From the NCBI RefSeq assembly GCF_963921235.1, contig NC_086097.1, forward strand, positions 228,038,001 to 228,102,000: DNA of 64,000 nt, in the 5' to 3' direction. Positions 63,555-64,000 of this stretch are shown piece by piece. This DNA is from Mobula hypostoma. Its lineage: Eukaryota. The stretch's first letter is position 1. Every line of letters starts with the position of its first letter. The notes below the pieces were generated by a model, which worked only from the letters and a program-made list of their open reading frames with translations, did not search any database and was not told the origin of the DNA. Both the position numbers and the translations under genes were made by a program.

Positions 63555-64000
63555 CCATGAAACCATCCCCCTTCTTGGACTCTGTCTATACTTCTTGCAG
63601 TTTCACTAAAGCAGCCAGCAGAATCAAAGACCCCACTCACTCTAGAAATTCTCCCTTCTCCCCTCTTCCATTGGGCAGAAGTTACAAAAGCCTGAAAGCA
63701 CATACAACCAGGGTCTATGACAGTTTCATCCCCACTTTTATTAGACTATTAAATGGTCACATAGTATGGTAAGATGGTCTCTTAACCTCTTGTCCTCACA
63801 TTCTACCCCATCCTGATCTTGCGCCTTACTGTTTACTGCACTGAACTTTCTTTGTAGCTGATACTTTCTTCATTCTACCTTACTATTGTTTTACCTTGTT
63901 CTGATTCAATGCATTATCTAATGGTCTCTGTACGAACGACATACAAAACAAGCTTTTCATTGTATGTGACAATCAACAAAATTCCAATTCCAATTCTAAA
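63555..64000 (+). mobile_element. Rex/Babar 3' end
   Basis: KAASRIKDPTH...LPLGRSYKSLKAHTTR; (AATTCC)n tail. Confidence 0.8.

Noticed and set aside
1..64000. CRISPR arrays, operons or prokaryotic defence systems
   Set aside because: Sequence is vertebrate; the RT and nuclease motifs belong to LINEs and PLEs, and no repeat-spacer array was seen

Overview
Repeat-dense vertebrate genomic DNA, most likely a cartilaginous fish (inferred from CR1 and Rex1/Babar dominance plus HE1-like V-SINEs). No host protein-coding gene is confidently identifiable. A CpG-rich segment ending in a splice donor (~12.75-13.32 kb) and a few small exon-like segments suggest the window may cover the 5' end and long introns of a + strand gene. 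Nearly all listed ORFs are retroelement remnants or their antisense shadows. The standout structure is a young Penelope-like element (PLE) inserted as a ~2.45-kb near-perfect fold-back palindrome (46035-48513) with a 14-bp TSD. It carries an open 290-aa GIY-YIG ORF and a minimal hammerhead ribozyme (HHR) on each strand. Several short HHR-bearing or fold-back PLE derivatives occur elsewhere, one of which starts at the predicted ribozyme cleavage site. Other notable items are a twin-primed (5'-inverted) L1 with a 17-bp TSD, a non-TE 75-bp inverted repeat with a templated spacer, composite MITEs, hAT MITEs, a Tc1 remnant and a tRNA-Pro pseudogene. TE boundaries were read by eye and are approximate unless a TSD is quoted.
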